Below, piece by piece: positions 45,041 through 47,826 of a stretch of DNA of 47,826 bases (the stretch's first letter is position 1; every line of letters begins with the position of its first letter). The translations under genes and the position numbers were made by a program. Origin of the DNA: Candidatus Parcubacteria bacterium (GTDB lineage Bacteria; Patescibacteriota; Patescibacteriia; Patescibacteriales; UBA12075). The stretch covers positions 1-47,826 of the forward strand of contig JAGLIO010000063.1 of the NCBI GenBank assembly GCA_023142915.1, written 5' to 3'. Below the pieces are notes generated by a model, which saw nothing but the letters and a program-made list of their open reading frames with translations, made no database searches and was not told where the DNA came from.

Positions 45041-46078
45041 TCAAATAATTATTCCCCCACCTAAAACTTTTTCTCCATGATAAAAAACAGCGGATTGGCC
45101 GGGCGTAATCGCGCGTTCAGCTTTCTTTAGTTTAACTTGATACTGATTATTCTCTTTGCTAAAAATTGCGCACTCAGCCGCTTCGTGGCGATAGCGAATT
45201 ACAACTTCCGCGCGCAATGGAAATTTAATTTTCGCGTCAAGCCAATTCGCGTCCTTAATTAAAAATTTGTCGTCACACAAAGACGGATCATCCGGATTTT
45301 TAACAACATATAATATATTTTTCTTATAATCTTTATCAGCCGCGTAATAAGACCCTGTTCCGCCGATCTCAATGCCACGGCGCTGTCCCTTAGTATAAAA
45401 ATATAATCCTTGATGCTCGCCGATTATTTTTCCTGACGAATCAATAATCAAGCCGGATTTTTTTTTAATATATTTTTTTAAATATTCATTATGCTCAATT
45501 ATTTTTTCATCTTCAACTAGAAAGCAGATGTCTTGGCTTTCAGTTTTTAGGCTTGGCAAATTTATTTTTTCGGCTTGCTTTTTGACCTCTTCTTTAGTCA
45601 AACCACCCAAAGGAAATAATATTTCTTTAAGCCATTCTTGTTTTAAATTATATAGAAAATAACTTTGATCCTTGTTTTTGTCTTTTCCGCGCAATAGATT
45701 AAAATCGTCCCCATCCTTAATAATTCTCGCGTAATGCCCTGTTGCCAAAAAATCGCACGCGAGCTCGTTTTTTATCCGCAAAAGTTCTTTAAATTTTATC
45801 AAATAGTTGCATCGCACGCACGGATTCGGAGTAATGCCGGCTTTATAACTTGAAATAAAATAATCAATCACTTCGCTTTTAAATTTAGCTGATAAATTTA
45901 TTGGGTAAAATTTCACTCCCAAATCGCGGCAAACTTGCCTTGCCGCTCTTTCGCTTTTTTCATAATTCTTGTTAAGCCGCATATAAGCGCCCAAAACCTC
46001 AAAGCCTTGCTTTTGTAAAAGCAAGGCGCTAACACTGGAGTCAACTCCGCCTGATATGGCAGCTAAAACTTTTTTCAT
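45041..46078 (-). CDS. mnmA: tRNA 2-thiouridylase
   Basis: SGGVDS, TPNPCVRCN, ATGHYA, KDQSYFL, ESQDICF, TKGQRRG, AITPGQSAVFY. Confidence 0.98.
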   Translation of the reverse strand: MKKVLAAISGGVDSSVSALLLQKQGFEVLGAYMRLNKNYEKSERAARQVCRDLGVKFYPINLSAKFKSEVIDYFISSYKAGITPNPCVRCNYLIKFKELLRIKNELACDFLATGHYARIIKDGDDFNLLRGKDKNKDQSYFLYNLKQEWLKEILFPLGGLTKEEVKKQAEKINLPSLKTESQDICFLVEDEKIIEHNEYLKKYIKKKSGLIIDSSGKIIGEHQGLYFYTKGQRRGIEIGGTGSYYAADKDYKKNILYVVKNPDDPSLCDDKFLIKDANWLDAKIKFPLRAEVVIRYRHEAAECAIFSKENNQYQVKLKKAERAITPGQSAVFYHGEKVLGGGIII

Positions 46079-46083
46079 TTAAT

Positions 46084-47403
46084 TTATACAATTAATAATT
46101 TAGGCAGAACGCTTTCTAAAAAGCTGAAATTCAAATAGACTATTCCCGTCAAACAGATAATTGCGATTACTGTTTGGATAAAAACTTTTTTATGCTGAAT
46201 TTCAGCGCGCACAACAATATTTATTATCATCGCGATAAATAAAATTCCTAAAATTACCATGGTAACCATGTTGGAAATTCTTACTTTTTCCGAGTAGGCA
46301 ATGCTATTTTTATCCAAAATATTGCTAAAGCTTTTTACTTCTGTAAAAATATTTTTTTCAACCGCAATATTAGGGCTAATCTCCGCCTTGGCAATTAAAT
46401 TTTTATCATTTTCACCGATAATATTTTTTGCCTCAGGAAACAAGGATGATAAATTTTCTTTTTGAATCGGGACGGGAATGCTGTCGGGAATTTTAAGCTC
46501 ATCAGGCTTGCCAATATCATTGGTTTGAGGCGCTTTTTCTTCAACTTCAATAACTGCCGTTTCCGTAGTTCCAGCGGTTTTATATTCAGCTAAAGCGATT
46601 TTAATCGGCGCTGGTTTTTTTATCGCGAAAAACTGCACTAAAACATTAGTTTTCTTACCGTCCAATTCTCCGTTTACAACTGCTATTCCAATATCTGAAT
46701 ATTTATCGCTTAAAATATTTTGCCTGTGGGTCGGCGAAAGCATTAAGGCTTGATGCGCGGATTCGGCTGATGTAAAATTCATAGCCAAATTCTCACCCAC
46801 ATAAAGATATTCGTATTGGCCGCGATCAATAAAATCCCAAGGCTTTTTTCCGTCAGGACTGTAATGCGCGAAATAATCTTTTATAATTAAATCCTCGGCT
46901 TTTGAAAAAGCTGAAAAATTTAAAACAGTATTAACGCTCAAAGGGTCAAGATTTTGCGCTTTGCGGTCGCGATTAATCAGATCAACAATCTGGCCGGAAA
47001 TATTCTCGCTCATCTCGGCCTTGTAAGAATTAATAAAAAAAACATAAGCCAAAATTGAAATCTTTAGAATAACAACAGCGATAACTATAAGCGCCAAAGA
47101 TCTTGTTCGCAATATTTTCGGCTTATGCCCGTTGCCTTTATGCGGAATAAAAAAATCTTTAAACAATTTCAAAGAATCATGTAAAAATTCCGGCAACTCC
47201 TCTTCTTGGTCTGATAATTCTTCAATTTCTATTTCTTCTTTTTTTATATACTTTTTAAAATTATTTTTAACTTGCGAAGAACTGATTTTTTTAAACAAAA
47301 AAACAACCAGTTTTATTAAAAAACCTCCTAACAAAAAAAATATAAGCCAATTTTTTTGATTGGTATTTTTTTGTTTTTTTTGTGGCATAAATTTTAATCG
47401 CAA
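46084..47403 (-). CDS. Membrane-bound CAP (SCP) domain protein (start may be ATG 47388)
   Basis: DYFAH, GENLA, LMLSPTHRQNIL, IGIAV; N- and C-terminal TMs. Confidence 0.9.
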   Translation of the reverse strand: MRLKFMPQKKQKNTNQKNWLIFFLLGGFLIKLVVFLFKKISSSQVKNNFKKYIKKEEIEIEELSDQEEELPEFLHDSLKLFKDFFIPHKGNGHKPKILRTRSLALIVIAVVILKISILAYVFFINSYKAEMSENISGQIVDLINRDRKAQNLDPLSVNTVLNFSAFSKAEDLIIKDYFAHYSPDGKKPWDFIDRGQYEYLYVGENLAMNFTSAESAHQALMLSPTHRQNILSDKYSDIGIAVVNGELDGKKTNVLVQFFAIKKPAPIKIALAEYKTAGTTETAVIEVEEKAPQTNDIGKPDELKIPDSIPVPIQKENLSSLFPEAKNIIGENDKNLIAKAEISPNIAVEKNIFTEVKSFSNILDKNSIAYSEKVRISNMVTMVILGILFIAMIINIVVRAEIQHKKVFIQTVIAIICLTGIVYLNFSFLESVLPKLLIV

Positions 47404-47602
47404 TATGCTTTAATCCCAAATAAATCATCAGAATTTACAACTCCAGCCGTACCAAGAACGCCCTAACTTTCCCCAAATTTTTTACACACAGTCCGACACA
47501 CAAGTTATAGCCGGCGCTACCATTGACCTAGCAATAAGCATTTGTGAATTTTTTCTGCTCTAAAAAACGCCTTCAACAATTTAATATATCCAAGGTCCTA
47601 CC

Positions 47603-47824
47603 TTAATTACAGCAATAAATTCTTGCTTGTTCACAACGTGTTGAATCTGCACATGAGCCAGCAGAACATCCTTGTCTTTGATAGCCAGCCGAAAAAGTAT
47701 TTATGGGACATATTACTTGCGTGGAAACGGCCCAAGCCACACAACTGCTCCAAGCTGTCCAACTACAAATAGTATGGGCTCCTGTAAGACCGTCCCCCGA
47801 TTCATTCACCTTATTAACCAGCTC
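47603..47824 (-). CDS. 3' end of a gene entering from outside the window, Cys-rich C-terminus
   Basis: Frame is open to the window edge (ELVNKVNESGDG...) and ends ARIYCCN. Confidence 0.6.
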   Translation of the reverse strand, partial: ELVNKVNESGDGLTGAHTICSWTAWSSCVAWAVSTQVICPINTFSAGYQRQGCSAGSCADSTRCEQARIYCCN

Positions 47825-47826
47825 AT

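Noticed and set aside
57-47359. Many short plus-strand ORFs and nested minus-strand ORFs in the track (e.g. 57..533, 8228..8857, 14410..14865, 42693..43088)
   Set aside because: They are antisense or off-frame shadows of well-supported genes and carry no recognisable motifs.
47404-47602. Possible decayed Cys-rich gene fragment (AYC*VNGSAGYNLCVGLC on the minus strand)
   Set aside because: Too short and interrupted to support a pseudogene call without homology evidence.
1-47826. Alternative genetic code (TGA = Gly, as in Gracilibacteria)
   Set aside because: Long ORFs are intact under the standard code, and TGA ends mnmA at its expected C-terminus.

Overview
AT-rich bacterial DNA with almost all genes on the minus strand. 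Gene content and style (isolated rplJ-rplL, few Shine-Dalgarno sites, many large secreted proteins, standard code with TGA stops) suggest Patescibacteria/CPR (Parcubacteria-like); this is inference. From left to right: rplL, rplJ with an L10 leader, an orphan MacB/FtsX permease, iscU and an L,D-transpeptidase. Next is a ~24 kb surface-fibre locus (about 4.3-28.3 kb): a SipW-type signal peptidase, four proteins with SipW/TasA (camelysin)-type N-termini, three proteins sharing an FN3-DUF11-LAETG-like membrane anchor, a vWA/CnaB adhesin, two paralogous unknown secreted proteins and a Mu Com-like zinc-finger gene. Then come an AAA+/DUF4143 ATPase, an inverted and apparently 5'-truncated Fic gene, a ~15 kb glycosylation cluster (two GT-C-like membrane proteins, GT2/GT4 enzymes, deacetylase, radical SAM, flippase), mnmA and a CAP-domain protein. 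The best candidate for a new system is a TasA-like domain that appears split across two genes in permuted order: its C-terminal half ends a 1219-aa SH3/lytic-transglycosylase-like cargo protein, and its N-terminal half is a separate 92-aa SipW substrate encoded immediately downstream. Also notable: a 28-bp GTAG-type palindrome present seven times (four in frame inside genes, one supplying the sipW stop codon), a GIY-YIG gene flanked by long inverted repeats, structured leaders carrying AAAGGTCG, and two apparently leaderless coiled-coil paralogues with different middles. All family assignments come from motif recognition by eye, not from database searches. No tRNA, rRNA or CRISPR array was seen.
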